Positions 13,800-27,491 are shown, counted from the first letter of the stretch. The stretch is DNA of 64,000 bases from Chiloscyllium plagiosum (GCF_004010195.1 NC_057720.1:23422560-23486559), one strand, 5' to 3'. The notes: a model not told the origin generated them from the letters alone. Program-made: numbers and translations.

Positions 13800-13935
13800 C
13801 ACATCAGGATTGAGCACAAAGAATCTAGGCAGACATATACAGGTATAATGTTGCACCTCCTGGTCTATATTTTGGATAAGATGCGAAACAAGGGCCCCTG
13901 TCTTCTCTGGTAGATATGAAAGATCCCATGCTTGT
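13800..13935 (+). mobile_element. DeuSINE (SacSINE1/AmnSINE1-like) core fragment; related pieces near 30790-30930, 32175-32450, 34000-34480
   Basis: tttggataagatgcgaaacaagggcccctgtc...gtagatatgaaagatcccatg resembles the recalled Deu-domain consensus TTTCGGATGAGACGTTAAACCGAGGCCCCGTC...GTGGACGTAAAAGATCCCATGG. Confidence 0.55.
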
Positions 13936-15050
13936 AAAGTACACTGAAGTATCTGGTGTTTGTGAACCAGATAGATGCAAATATCAGAATGAAAAAGCTA
14001 AGACAGATATCTGGCACCTGGATTTGTTCATGAATAGGAAGGGTTTAGAGGTATATAAGCCAAATGCTGGCAAATGGGACTAATTTAATTTATATGTCTG
14101 GTTGGCCTGGATGAGTTGGACCAAAGGGTCTGTTTCCGTGCTATATAGCTCTATGAGACTGTTTTTGAATGTACATTTATTACAGGCAAAGCACTGAATA
14201 GAAATGGATCTCATAAATGATTGAAGACAAGATAGCAGATGTGATGTTTGTAAAATAATTAAAGTTTGGTACTTGGTGACTTAGAAATCAACCTTTAGTT
14301 ATTGGAAGATTGGTAGTGATAATGTCACTTCAATTCGCAGTGCATGAAAATTATTGAGGTAAAAGGATCAAGAATGCCAAAGCATGGGAGGATGTAACAG
14401 ATGGGACCTGGGTTGAATTTTTCATATGTCAAATGCTAGATTAACATCAAATGACTATAAAAGAGTTAATGGCTTCTGGTTATCAGAAATATGATCCTGG
14501 GAATTAAAAGGCTGTTAACTAGACATTTATGATACACAAAGCATTGAAATTCATAATGAAAGAAGCAATTTGTGAACACTTAACAAGATTAAAGACAATA
14601 ATTCAACCCAGTATTAGTTTATGAAATACCAGATCACAACAGCAGATTTATTAAACTCCTTTGAAGATGTAATGGAACAGGTAGCTAAATGCAACATTAT
14701 GTATCTCCACTATTGGATGCCAGTTGATTTGATGTTTCACGTAACACTTGTGGTTAACCATTGCTATTGAGATAAAGGAGGATGCTATAAGTTTACAAAT
14801 AAATCAAATACACAATGTGAAACAAAGGGTAGTAGTGACCAATATTGATTGTTTTAGTTAACCAATTGTAACCAGCGGTATCCTTCATTTTAGCCTATGA
14901 AATAATGACAGATACATAAGTTAGTGTTTCTGATGTGTATCTACAATATAAAATGCTTCACCTTAAATATTACCACATTGTATGGGGAAACAAATTGTTC
15001 AGAGAAAAATGATACGTTCAATGAACTCTTAAGAGACAATTTGTAATATA

Positions 15051-15660
15051 ACATAGAACATAGAACATAGAACAATACAGCACAGAACAGGCCCTTCGGC
15101 CCACGATGTTGTGCCGAACTTCTAACCTAGATTAAGTACCCATCCATGTACCTATCCAAATGCCGCTTAAAGGTCGCCAATGATTCCGACTCTACCACTC
15201 CCACGGGCAGCGCATTCCATGCCCCCACCACTCTCTGGGTAAAGAACCCACCCCTGACATCTCCCCTATACCTTCCACCCTTCACCTTAAATTTATGTCC
15301 CCTTGTAACACTCTGTTGTACCCGGGGAAAAAGTTTCTGACTGTCTACTCTATCTATTCCTCTGATCATCTTATAAACCTCTATCAAGTCACCCCTCATC
15401 CTTCGCCGTTCCAACGAGAAAAGGCCGAGAACTCTCAACCTATCCTCGTACGACTTCCTCTCCATTCCAGGCAACATCCTGGTAAATCTTCTCTGCACCC
15501 TCTCCAAAGCTTCCACATCTTTCCTAAAGTGAGGCGACCAGAACTGCACACAGTACTCCAACTGTGGCCTAACCAAAGTCCTGTACAGCTGCAACATCAC
15601 TTCACGACTCTTGAATTCAATCCCTCTGCTAATGAACGATAATACTCCATAGGCCTTCTT
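15051..15660 (-). mobile_element. Young 5'-truncated CR1/HER1 LINE 3' end
   Basis: Open ORF2 C-terminus LYRTLVRPQLEYCVQFWSP...LERRRMRGDLIEVYK...FFTQRVVGAWNALP. (ttctatg)n tail at 15051-15075. CpGs retained. Confidence 0.92.
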
Positions 15661-15661
15661 A

Positions 15662-15860
15662 CAAACAAAGAACAATACAGTGCAGAACAGGTCCTTCGGC
15701 CATCGATGTTGCGCTGACCTGTGAACTATTCTCAGCTCGTCCCCCTACACTATCCCAAAATCATGCATGTGCTTATCTAAGGATTGTTTAAATCTCCCTA
15801 ATGTGGCTGAGTTGACTACACTAGCAGGTAGGGCATTCCACGTCCTTACTACTCTCTGTT
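15662..15860 (-). mobile_element. Second CR1 3'-UTR fragment abutting the previous copy
   Basis: acaaagaacaatacagtgcagaacaggtccttcggcc...gcattccac repeats the same 3'-end pattern. Confidence 0.75.
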
Positions 15861-16899
15861 TAAAGATGCAACTGAATTAGGAAAATGAAGTTGGAGAAAT
15901 TAAACCAATTACTAAAATATCAAATATCATTATAAAATAAAAGTATAACATTAAATAAAGCTAGCTAAGAAAAAAAATCAACATGCAAAAAGATTCACAT
16001 TTTGGGGCATTCACAGAATATGACTGAAGGTGCACCGTATCTGAATTTGTAAGTTGTTGCTGGCATAGTGCATAGATGTGGTCATACCTGCCTGGTAACA
16101 GCCAAGCGCAGGCATCATGTTTAAGAAAAGATATTGTAGAAATCACAAAATATTGCTGATGCAATCTTCTACATTGAAATCAATCTTAAACATCACTCCA
16201 TACACTATTGGTCTATCACTGGTACACCATGGTTGCAGTGGGTACCATCTGTGAGATGCCCTTCAGCAACTCACCCCAGTTCCTTTGACAGCATCATCTA
16301 AACCCATAACTTCTCCCACTTAGAAGAACGAGGGCTGCCGGCAAATGGACGACCTTCACTATCAAAATCCCCTCCAAGTCATACATTATCCTGATTTTGA
16401 ACTATATCACAGTTCCTTCACTGTCATTGAGTTAAAATCATGGAACCCAGTAACTACCAGCACTGTGGAAGTACATCACATGGACAACCAGTGTTCCAGA
16501 AAATGGCTCATCCTCTCAAAGACAATTAGGAATTGCTTGTCACATCCCACAAATGAAGAAAAAACCCTGCAAACAAAACTGTAGCTGCCTCTGCCTGGTA
16601 TTTATTGAATAAAGAGACTACTTATGAGAATATAAATTATGCTTTTGTATGGATCCAGTGAGAGCTGCACTGCATTCAATTTCTCCCAGGAGCGTTGATC
16701 TGCAATTACAATCTTTGCTCAGCCATGTAATGCTTCCAAAATTCTGCCTCAATTGCTTGAACTACATTACAATGCTCTTAGCTTATCTTAAATCAGCATA
16801 TCATCAAGAGAGTTCGATGTAACAGGGCACATAGTAGCCTGCAATATTCTCAGTTCAACAGCAAACCAGAAAGAAATGAAACTGCAAAACTGGCTCTTC

Positions 16900-17670
16900 A
16901 CAGAGCCACAGAAAGGTTACAACAAAGAAGAAGCCTAGTCAGTCAATCAGATGTGTGCCGGCTGAATAAACTAGTTATTCATTCTAATCCCACTTTCCAG
17001 CCCTTGGCCCATCATCCTGTAAATTACAGTTCTTCAGTGTTTTCACCGCAACTACTGAACTGAGCAGTGAATTCCAGGTACCCACCACCCTCTGGGTGAA
17101 AAGGTTTGGCCTCATTTCCCTTCTAATCTAACTACTTTAAATCTGCACCTCTTAAAACTGACTTCACCTCTACGGAAACAAGTATTCCCTGTCCTTTCCA
17201 TTCAAGTGGCTCATTATTTTGTGGGCCTCAATTAAGTCAGCCCTCAGCCTCCTCTGTTCTGCAGAAAACAACTCTAGCCCGTGCAATCTCTCCACATTGC
17301 TACAACTTTCAAGCTGTCACAATGTCCTTGGACGTCTCCTCTGCGCTCTCTCAAGTGCAATTATGGTCTTCTACTCATCTGGTGATCAGAACTGAATGCA
17401 AGTCTCCAGTTATAGTTTAACTTATATAGTTCCAGCATTGCATCCCTACTTTTGTATTCAATGTCTTACCCGATGAAATAAAGTATCTCATATGCATGGT
17501 CTATCACCTACATAACTGTCTTGTCATCTTCAGGATCCTATGGACGTGAAATCCATCAATGCATCTCAATAACCCCCCATTTGTTGTGTATTCCCTTGTT
17601 TGATTAGTCCTTCCCAAATGGATAATTTCAGAATTTTCTGCATTGAATTCCATTTGCCATTTTTCTGCCT
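16900..17670 (-). mobile_element. Old CR1 LINE ORF2 3' fragment
   Basis: cccaccaccctctgggtgaa, ccctcagcctcctctg, atcagaactg and ttgaattccatttgcca are reverse complements of typical CR1 motifs (FTQRVV, QRRLRA, QFWSP, WQMEFN). Confidence 0.65.
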
Positions 17671-18769
17671 GCTCCAGTAATTATTTAAAAAATTGCAGTC
17701 AGGAGTTGGGATATGTGTGAGCTTTAACTATTCTTTTTAACTTCTGAAAGCTTGGCTATGATGAGATGAAACTCTTTTCTTACAATAAAAAAACCTTGAA
17801 TGAGTTGATACAGCAACTTTAACAATGCTGAGAAGTAGTTTCTTTGCAGTAGTTCAAATTGCAGTAGAATTCCATTATTTGATCCTGACCTGACAATAGA
17901 GATCACAAATATCAATGCTAAGGAGGAGGCAGCCTGACATTCATTGGGTTTTTACATTGCATCATTCTAGTGTGGTGGCAATTTCTTTTGTTCATCCTTG
18001 GGATGTGTGCGTTGTGGACAAGGCCAGTGTTTATTGTCCAGATTTAGCAAACCTTGAGAAATTGGCAGAGAGCCATCTTCTTGATTGTTTGCAGTCCACG
18101 TGGTATTGGTACTTCCATTTTAATTCCATGAAGCTGTTCTTAAACAGACATTCGCCATTTGAGCCTATCTAGAATTAATAGATTTTTTTTTGATTGCAGT
18201 TGTTTCAGCCACACGTCAAAGCTTTAAATGCCTCTTGGAAAGAGTGACAGATCCTTGTAAACATTCACAGACAAAAAGTTCAGAAAGTAAACTTTGAATA
18301 TAAGCATTGACATAGACAAGGTCCTGTCTAACTTTTACTAATAATCGCAGTATAAATGTATTCACTTCCAGCAGGGTGTGTCTTCAGAAAATAATTGATG
18401 CTAACTTTGCTCCAGTTGGACTTAATCAAAAAGCCACAGGCCACCTAATGTGGGAAATAGAAAAATTGCATTGCTAAAACAGTATAGGTAAAAACAGATT
18501 TAGTGGCAGATTTTGGGGATCTTTAACAGGCTTTTAACTTTTACTGTAATGTTTCTGACACTGAGGGCTTTTCCTTTACTTTTACAGGATAGATATTCAT
18601 CACAGAAGGAAAACCTGATGGATACTGAAAATGCGAAATGAAAACAGAAAATGCTGAAAAGAACTGACAGGGTCAGGTCGCATTTGTGAAGAGAAAGGTT
18701 CTGGACTTGCTCTGAGATCCTGCATCTCATGACCTCAACTTCTGGAAAGCTGGCACACAAAATGCCCTT

Positions 18770-19715
18770 TCCTCTGGCCTGGCAGGAACTCACTCATGCC
18801 TGCTGACAGACTACGTGGATATCCCATTTCCATACTGCCTTCCAAAGTACCCGCAGCATTTGTGATTGTCAGATTAAGTCATGATGCTTCCTACTTGGAT
18901 GTCTTTAGCAGCTCTCCTTCTTCCCCATTATGGTTGTTCTTAGGTATCGGAAGACAAGAGTGCAGAAAAGGTGTGCTGGGCAAGGAAAAAGTGGTAGGGT
19001 GTAAAATATGAAGTCCACAGTAACACCATATGCAGCTTGTTCTTCATGCAATTAGCAGGATAAGAGAAAGATAGGAGTTAATAATGGTCATACGGCAGGA
19101 ATATGACATCCACCAATATTGCCAGATGTTCTCGGTGTCACAAAATGCAATGTTCTCAGTTACAGCCTGCTTCAAGATGCAGAGCAACATGTCCTTCATT
19201 GGGCTCAGAAGGTGATGCATGACTGTTCCTGCTGTTCTGATATTATGAGCTATCCTGTTCAACACAAGGGAGGGAAGAATGCCGGTGAGTGTTTTGCAAT
19301 GTATTTTGGTGATGTGCTATCCAAAGCTGAATCACTGAATATATGTGGAAACAATAAGAGCTGGGTGTAAGGCTGGCAGTAGTGGCAGATGTGTGAGCAT
19401 GAGGCAAATACATTTAAGTGACTAGGCATGAGTTCTGGATGGGTGGGTGAGTGATGGGGCTATGGTGCATTGAGCAGCTTGAAAGGTGTGATGGCCATGA
19501 GGTGCCCTGTGGAGATGAATTCATTGACATTTACACAAATGAGCCATCATTTTACTTTTGTATCAGGAGTGACACTCCTGTCATTGTTCTCCTTCCCCAA
19601 TTCTTTCTATTCTCAGGGTTTGTCTTACACCTCTATCAAAACATCATCTCTTCTGTTTTGGACCTGCCATGTTAGTGTCCCCAGCACTGCATCAGCAAAC
19701 CTAGGAACTTCTCAC
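18770..19715 (-). mobile_element. Possible decayed PIF/Harbinger-type DNA transposon remnant
   Basis: Minus strand 19711-19630 reads EVPRFADAVLGTLTWQVQNRRDDVL, similar to the N-terminus of Harbinger-associated Myb/SANT-like proteins. No TIRs or TSD identified. Confidence 0.35.
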
Positions 19716-20337
19716 TGATGATATATTTGATGTACTGACCTATGAGTTCATCACAGTCTGTTGCAGCTTCTGTTTAATGAGTACAGTTTCCATTTAAAAT
19801 TTACAGATTCATTCAAATATGTGCTGACTACTTATGGTCAGGAGCAGGGACAAGAATCATGAGCCCCCATGCTTTTGTTGGCCTGGGACTTCGGTCCCAG
19901 ACCCTAGACTCTAATTTGATTGCATACTAAAGTACTAGATCCTCTCTGATAGCAAAGTCGCACAGTGTAGAACAGACTGTGAACATGAGCATCTACTTCA
20001 GTGAGCTCTGGAGGCCACTTCCCAAGTGCTTCAGTATGGTCTGCTCAACAGTATTACTAGTGGTTACATGGCTCTTCTGATAGGTTCAGCATCTTCCTAT
20101 GTATAGAGGACACCCCTTGTTTCCAAGATCCAATCCTCTGGTTCATCATAGTGGCCCAAAAGTGATGGGAACGGCAGACAGCCTCAGGATGATGGTATGT
20201 GATGTTTTGTGTATGGTTGTACATAAAATGTGCGTTGAGGGAATGGTGAGCCAATCCTCTGTCCATACTGATATACTCCCCCCACATCATAGGCTCATAT
20301 TGCCTTAAGTGCAACTTTTGGAAATCCAAATATATTA

Positions 20338-20658
20338 CGGCACAGTGACTCAGTGGTTAGCACTGCTGCCTCACAGAGTCAGGGACTTGAGTTTGGTTCC
20401 ACCCTTGGGTAACTGTATGGAGTTTGCACATTCTCCCTGTGTCTGCATGGGTTTCCTCCCACAATCCAAAAATGTGCAGGTTAGGTGTATTGGCCAAGCT
20501 TAATTGCCCATAGTGTCCAGGGATGTGTAGGCTTTGTGGATTAGCCATGGGAAGTGCAGTGTTATGGGGTGGGTCAAGGTGGGAGGCTCTTGAGGGCAGG
20601 GATTGTGCAGATTTCATTTCTCAAATGGCCTGTTTCCACACTGTGGAGATTCTATGAT
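20338..20658 (+). mobile_element. HE1-type SINE
   Basis: ggcacagtgactcagtggttagcactgctgcctcacag head, HE1 body, gattctatga end. Confidence 0.88.
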
Positions 20659-22116
20659 CACATATACTGGCTCCCTTTAATCTATCCTGCTTGTTACCTC
20701 CTCAAAGAATTCCAAGAAATTTGTCAACATGATTTGCACTTCATGAAGCTATGCTGACTCTGCTTGATTAAATCCTAACATTTCTAAATATTCTGCTACA
20801 CTCTTTATAATAGACAATAACATTTTCTCAATAAGAGATGTTAAGCTAACTGATCTATCATCACCTATATTTGTTTCTCTTCCTTTTGGAACAAAAATAT
20901 CACATTGACGGTTTTCCAGAATCAAAGGATTCCAGGAAGATACTGATCAGTGCATCCATTATTTCTGTCGTTTCTTTAATTTGCAACCCATTAGGCTCAG
21001 AGGCCAATCAGCCTTTAGCCGCATTAGTTTCCCTGGCACTTTTCCCTCTAGCGGCAGTAATTATATTTATATTCTTTCTACATTTTGCTCTTGATTTAAC
21101 ATTTTATAAATGCTATTTTTGTAATTCTTACTTTGTTTTCCTCCTCAAGAGATCATTGCATATGCATTCATTCTGCTTAATACTGTTGACATATCATTTT
21201 TCATAATTTATATTTTCAGAAGCGTATCTTCAGCCTTGACAATTGTTGCCCTTGACAGGAGTATTCACAGTAGCTATTTTCAAATGTACATTGCTTAAGT
21301 TAGTGTTTTCTGTTCAACTGCAGCATGTGGTTAGCCAATGCCATTCTTGCTCCAAGACATGTAACACAGACATAAAACAAAATTACACTGACATACTGAA
21401 AAAGAAATGAAAGAGTCAAAATAATTTAAATAAACATCATTTAATTTGTTACTAATATTTAAGAATAATAGGTATGAATCAAGATATAAGTAGAATAAAA
21501 GGATGCAAAAAACACTTCATATCTAACAATTTTGGATGATTTCCAAAGTACATTTTGTCATTTGTGTGTCATGTGCCATCTTCAATAGCAAAGTGAGTGT
21601 TACATGACTAGACATCCAGGATTTTCACTCTGTTCCGTAAATTATACCTCCACCTTTGCTATTCTGCAAACTCTAAGCAATGTATATGCAGTAGTGACAT
21701 CTAATCATTAAAATTTCAATGGCAAAATCTGAAATTCATACTTTGAATTGAATCACATTTTAGAATCTTCACATTTCTTGTTAATATGAATCAATTGCGA
21801 GTTGAAAGATGACCAATGAGGCATTATGTAAAGGTTCATGAAAACCAGTAATAAGAAACATTGCAAATAATAAGTTAATATGTTGCCTCTGGAATGTTAA
21901 ATGTTGCATAGATATAACATCATATCACTGATTTATACCATGGAATTAAACACTGGCAAAATATTTATTGATGAAATGCGTTGAAACTTGATTCCACAAT
22001 TTTTAAGAAATAAAATGATTGTTGTGGAACACTGACTGCAGTCTCTTCAGAATCAATATTATAATGTATGGATGGGAGTGAGACATTTTCTTTTGACTTT
22101 TTTGATGTTTACTTAC

Positions 22117-22293
22117 CAAGAACACTCCTACAGCTGTTCCTATGATGAATCCTGCTACAACATCTGACCAGTGGTTTCGATATTCTGCCACCCTGTTTAT
22201 TCCAGTCAGAAATGCCAAACACATGAGGCCCAAACAGAGGAGAGGTTTTGCAAGCCTTGTCCCATTGGCCTTCACAGTACATGTGATATACAT
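22117..22293 (-). CDS. PLPPR5: PLPPR5 internal coding exon (exon 4 equivalent), 177 bp
   Basis: Translates MYITCTVKANGTRLAKPLLCLGLMCLAFLTGINRVAEYRNHWSDVVAGFIIGTAVGVFL, with a PAP2 C3-like motif NRVAEYRNHWSD. Acceptor tctttgtag|ATG, donor TTG|gtaagt. Phase 0/0, in frame with the upstream exon. Confidence 0.95.
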
Positions 22294-22554
22294 CTACAAA
22301 GAGAATTAAATCACAATCTTAAACTTTTTTTAATGTCACAATGATTACACATTCTGTTTAAAATTCTTTAATGAAAGGCTAAATCCACCTAAATATTGAA
22401 GAATATGGACATGTCAGAAGAACAGGATGCTTGGGACAGATAGTTTTGTTATTTGATGCATTAGCACAATGGAGAGGGATGATTGAAGTTGAGGAAATTA
22501 TGGTACAAAATGGTTTGGGTGAAGGTGAGAAATTGTAAAGGTAAATTACAAGAG

Positions 22555-22880
22555 GTGGCATGGTGGCCCAGTGGTCAGCATTGCTGCCTCACAATGCTGG
22601 GAACCCAGGTTCGATTCCATTCCTGGGTGATTGTGTGGAATTTGCAAATTCACACCATCTCAGTGTGGGTTTCCTCCCGCAGTGCAACGATGTGCAAATT
22701 AAGTGGCTTAGCCATGCAAACAATTGCCATGTGGTGTCCACGGATGTGCAGGTTATGTTGATTAGCCATAGTAAAACATCCATTCTGGGGATGCCATGGA
22801 TATGGGTGAGGAGCTCTTCAGAGGGTTGCTGTAGACTTGATGGGCTGAATTGCCTCCATCTGCATCGCAGGTATTCTATG
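22555..22880 (+). mobile_element. HE1-type SINE (diverged)
   Basis: A box tggcccagtgg, B box ggttcgattcc, HE1 body and ttctatg end. Confidence 0.8.
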
Positions 22881-22929
22881 GTTCCAAAAGATTCTTGTGG
22901 GACTGGTATACATGCCCCATATTAGTAGC

Positions 22930-23410
22930 CACATGATAGGGTGGAACATAAAGGAAGAAATACTGAGAGCTTGTTAGAAAGGGACAATGATAATCATGGA
23001 ACAATTGAATATACACATAGACTGGATGTGTCAGATTGGCAAAAGTAGCCTAGAAGACTAAAATGTTTTCAGGATAACGTCTTAGACTACCATGTTCTGG
23101 AGCCAACCAGAGAGCAGGCTATACTGGATCTGGAGTTGTGCAATGAAGTATGATTAACTAATAACCCCATAATGAAGATGCCCCCAGAGAGCTATAATCA
23201 TAGCGTGAATGAATTGTACATTCAGATTGAAAGAGAGTGTATTGGGTCCAACACATTTTCCTTTAAAATAAGTAAGGGCAGTCATAAGGATTTGGAAGCA
23301 CTATTGGCTAAAATGAATTAGCAAATTAAGTTGAAGGATAAGTCAACAGAGATACAATGGCAGATATTTCAGAATACACAGAATAAATACATTCCAATGA
23401 GTAAAAATAA
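22930..23410 (+). mobile_element. Old CR1 endonuclease-region fragment
   Basis: EPTREQAILDLELCN motif at ~23100. The same motif recurs at ~63880. Confidence 0.6.
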
Positions 23411-23883
23411 AGTCACCAGAATCCCTGAGGATCGTAGGGCTACCTGGTGGTGAGTTTTATCTGAAGGTCAACATGTCTCAGGCAAGGGAACAGGTTGAGA
23501 TGACAAGACCTTCATGGTAACCTCAGCTGGTACAGGTATTGAACTCATGCTACTGGCATCAATCAATTCAAGACCAGCCATCCAGCCAATCAACTCCTTT
23601 TTTGAGTAAGGGCAATATCAAAAGATGGACTCACCACCCATGATAATTAGAAAGGCCTACATGTGACTCCAAATCCACAACAACATGGTTGATTCTTAAC
23701 TGCTCTCTAGACAATGAGAAATGGGCGATAACAAATGCTGGTCTTAAAAACTCGTAGATGCATCCTATGACTAATGCAAAATTGCCAGGTGACAAGTCAT
23801 AATACATAAAAAGGACAACGAATGACAAAATAATTATTAAGGAGAGAAAAATTAACACAAGAGAAAGCTGGCCATTTGGCCTA

Positions 23884-23918
23884 TTGTATTGGCTGTATTG
23901 GCTGTATTGGCTGTATTA
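23884..23918. repeat. 9-bp tandem repeat (ctgtattgg)n, about 3.5 copies
   Basis: gtattggctgtattggctgtattggctgtatt. Confidence 0.85.
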
Positions 23919-23919
23919 T

Positions 23920-24970
23920 CTCGTGTGAATCTCCTGCCTTTCCCCATATCCCTGCAGACCACTACCATCCAAATAACCATTCAATAATCTCTTGAAGGTT
24001 TTACTTGAGCCTGCCTCTACCACATTTCCAAGCACTGCATTACCCCAACAACTTGTGTTTCAAAAATCTTTTCTCATATCACCCTTGCTTCGTTTGCAAA
24101 TCCCTTTAAATCTATGCCCTTTTGTTCTTGGTTCTTTTACAAGCAGAAACAGCTTCAACCTACCTACTCTGTCCAGCTTATCCAGATATTAAAAATCGTT
24201 ATTAGATCTCGTCACAGCCTTTTTCACTTCTGTTAGAACAGCCCCAACTTCTTCAATCTATTGTCATAGCTGATGTTTCTCATACTATTCTAGTAAATTG
24301 CTTGCGCACTTTTTCCAATGCACTTGCATCTTTCCTATAATATCGCATCCACACCTGCACAGAATACTCCAGGTGAGGTCTTGTAAATGTTCAACATTAC
24401 CTCCTTAATCTCTTACTCTTTGTTCCTATTAATGCAAGCAAGAACACTACATACTTTTTTTTACTGCTCTCTCCAACATTTCTGCCACTTTCAAAGATCT
24501 GTGCACATATACACTCTGGTCTGCCTACCCCTGCATCACATTTAGAATTGTACCCCCTATTTAGGATTGCCGTTCAATGTTCTTTCAACCAAATTGTATC
24601 ACCTCAATCTTCTCTGCAGTAAACCTCATTCACCCATTCCACCACCTTGTCAATATCCTTCTCATCCTTGTCATCCTCACCGTTTACAATTCTTCCAAGT
24701 TTCGTGTCATCTGCAAACTTGGAAATTGTCCCCTGACATCAAGATCCACATTACAGAAAAAACACAAGGGTTTCAAACCAACTCTTGGGGATCTCCCCAA
24801 GGAACCTTCTCCATTCCAAAAGACAGACATTGATCATCACTCTTTGCTTTCTATCACTCAGCCAATTTTATATCCATTTTATTACTGTCTGCTTTATACC
24901 ATGATATACTCATATCCTCACAAGTCTGCTGTGAGGCACTGTTTCAACTATCTTCAGGAAATCCATGCAT
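23920..24970 (-). mobile_element. Old CR1 RT and 3' region
   Basis: gtcatctgcaaactt is the reverse complement of KFADD. cagaatactccaggtgaggtct is the reverse complement of RPHLEYS. Confidence 0.65.
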
Positions 24971-25156
24971 ATGGCATGTGGAAAATAAAGAGATGGAAGA
25001 TAAATTGAACAATTCTAGCCCTCAATATAGAGAATAAAAATAACATTCTAGAAGAAGCTACACATCAGAAAATAGAAAGGAAGGAGGACCTGAGAAAAAT
25101 CACGTTACCTGAAAAGCAGTATTGAGTGAATAGTTGGAGTGACAGGCTAAGATAGA

Positions 25157-25432
25157 ATTCCTATAGGTGATTCAGGCCATTCAGCCCATACCAACTCTCT
25201 AAAGAGACCAGCCCTATCCCTGTAAACCTACATTTCTCATGGCTAATCCACATAGACTGCACATCTCTGAACACGATGGGCAATTTTACATTGCCAATCC
25301 ACCTAACCTGCACATCTTTGGACTGTGAAGGAAACCCACACAGGTGCAGGGAGAGCATGCAAACTCCACACAGACAGTTGCCTGAGGGTGGAATCAAACC
25401 TGGGTTCCTGGTGCTATGGGGTAGCAGTGCTG
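25157..25432 (-). mobile_element. HE1-type SINE
   Basis: acctaacctgcacatctttggactgtg and tgcaaactccacacagacag are reverse complements of the HE1 body. Confidence 0.85.
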
Positions 25433-27237
25433 GAGTCCTGATGATTTCATCCTAAAGTCAGAAAAGAAGTCAAAATGATGGTTGATGCATTTAATTTTCT
25501 GAGGCTCACTTTTTCGGGATACTCCCTTTAGATTGGATGATAGAAACTCCTTTATCAGAAAAAAAGGAGACAGAAAGTAGGAAACTACAGGCCAGCAAAC
25601 ATTTTCATAGATAAAATGTTCAACACTATTATTAAAGATATTACAGCTGGGCACTTGAATAAGTTTAAGTCAGCCTGTGAAAACTAAACCATATTTCACC
25701 AATGTACTGGAGTTGTTTGAAGAAATAGCATGTCCCATGGATGAAGGGAAATTAGTGGATGTACTGTACATGGCCTTGAAGAGGTGCCACATTAAAGATA
25801 ATTGCATTAAATAAAAGCTCACAGAATATCGTGTAGCAAATTGGTATTAAGACATACAACTAATTACTTGGCTTTTGTCATCATTGGATTATCAGTGAAT
25901 ACAGTAGCTATTCAGCATATTGCAAAGCTCCAGGAAGGAGGAAGAAAATGAACTCTCGCTTATTTGCAGCACATGTAGTGAACTGTGAGGGAGACAGATT
26001 TTACAGAGATGCAGCAAGCATATCAAATCAGCTGTTGTGGACAGCTATTGTAATGCTGATTTTAATTTACCAAATCTTTCATTGTATCTCTGGCCGGAGT
26101 ATGGGCAATCTTAGTGGAAAAATTCAGAAACATTGGTATTGTAGATGCTCCATCATCTCTTGGAGAACTTAGTTGGTCTTGTTTCCACTCCCTTGGCTCA
26201 AAAGATATACAGCTTAATACCTAACACTGACATAGCCAGAGAGATGCACAGCCTCCAAAAATACTCAATTGGTCAGGGCTTTTTTGTGAACAGATTAAGG
26301 TTAGGATTCATGTGGTGTTTCTACATGTAAATTGGTTGATGGATCAATAACAAAAGGGCACAGATTCAATATAAATGCTATGGTAGGAAGAAATGTCTTT
26401 ACCAATAATAACTTAGTACAATCTGGTGTGCTCCAAATGAAAGTGTAAGAAATACATTTATTGACCTGTGAAACTTAGTATGATTATTTAACTGAATAAG
26501 TGCCACTTCTTTGCCCTTCTTTCATTCTCTTTCACTACTTTTAATATAGATATTGTGTAATATTCTTGCTATAGTTCTACATCAGTGCTTCCTAAGCCTA
26601 TTTCTACAGTGACCCCATTTTGAGACTTGAAAATAATCACAATCTGAAGGTGAGAATAGGTGGTGAGCATAAGTGAGATGAGTAGGTAAAAATTACTCAG
26701 TCTGAACTCCATTTGAGGTGATTGCTGACATGGAGCTTAGAAATCCAAAGTTTCAGCTCCTGACCCCACTTGGCATCTCAATGTCCACTTTTTTGGAACT
26801 CCTGCTTTAAATGTATCTGGAATTTTCTTTTGTGTACAGTGTGGTTCTATTCCCACGTTTGTTAATGCTAACTGTAATAAACATAAGTGGCAATGTTGCT
26901 GCAAATGCTTCCTATGTTTCCATTCAAATTAACGCTTGTGTAAGGCGAACCAATATAGTATATTGAACTAAACATCAATAAAAATAAAATCATTTCAATT
27001 GTCTCAATTGTCATAAAATATCAGTATGTTTTAAACAAGTGTCAGATGCACTGGGGCAAAAACTATCATTCAAGGTGTAACTCTACAAGTAATTAATCCA
27101 TTTTTGAGTCAAAAATTTACTGTATGTTTGGACGAATTTGTAGCCATCTTTAAGCAATTTTGTATGACTGATTGAGTAGATGAATTTTTTTTAAAGTCAC
27201 TGTAGAAAGCATAATAATATGCAACAAATTTACTTAC

Positions 27238-27491
27238 TGCCAGATAGACGGCTGCATACACACTTAATGCTGCCTCTTTGGATGGAAAGCTTTTTCTGGC
27301 TTTTGTAACAGCATCTATGTTGCCAGTGCAGGCTTCTTCACTGTTGATGAATTGCACAGATTCATGCTGACAGCCCAGTGCTGTATAATTAGGTTTACAG
27401 ACTGTGAGAAAATGGGGGGCTAGATTTCCTGTCACCACTTGTCCAGCATTTACAAATATATCAGTGGCAAAAAGTCCAAATGCATAAACTC
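27238..27491 (-). CDS. PLPPR5: PLPPR5 internal coding exon (exon 3 equivalent), 254 bp
   Basis: Translates (G)VYAFGLFATDIFVNAGQVVTGNLAPHFLTVCKPNYTALGCQHESVQFINSEEACTGNIDAVTKARKSFPSKEAALSVYAAVYLA. Acceptor ctttcccag|GA completes the split Gly codon of the previous exon. Donor GCA|gtaagt (phase 0). Confidence 0.95.
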
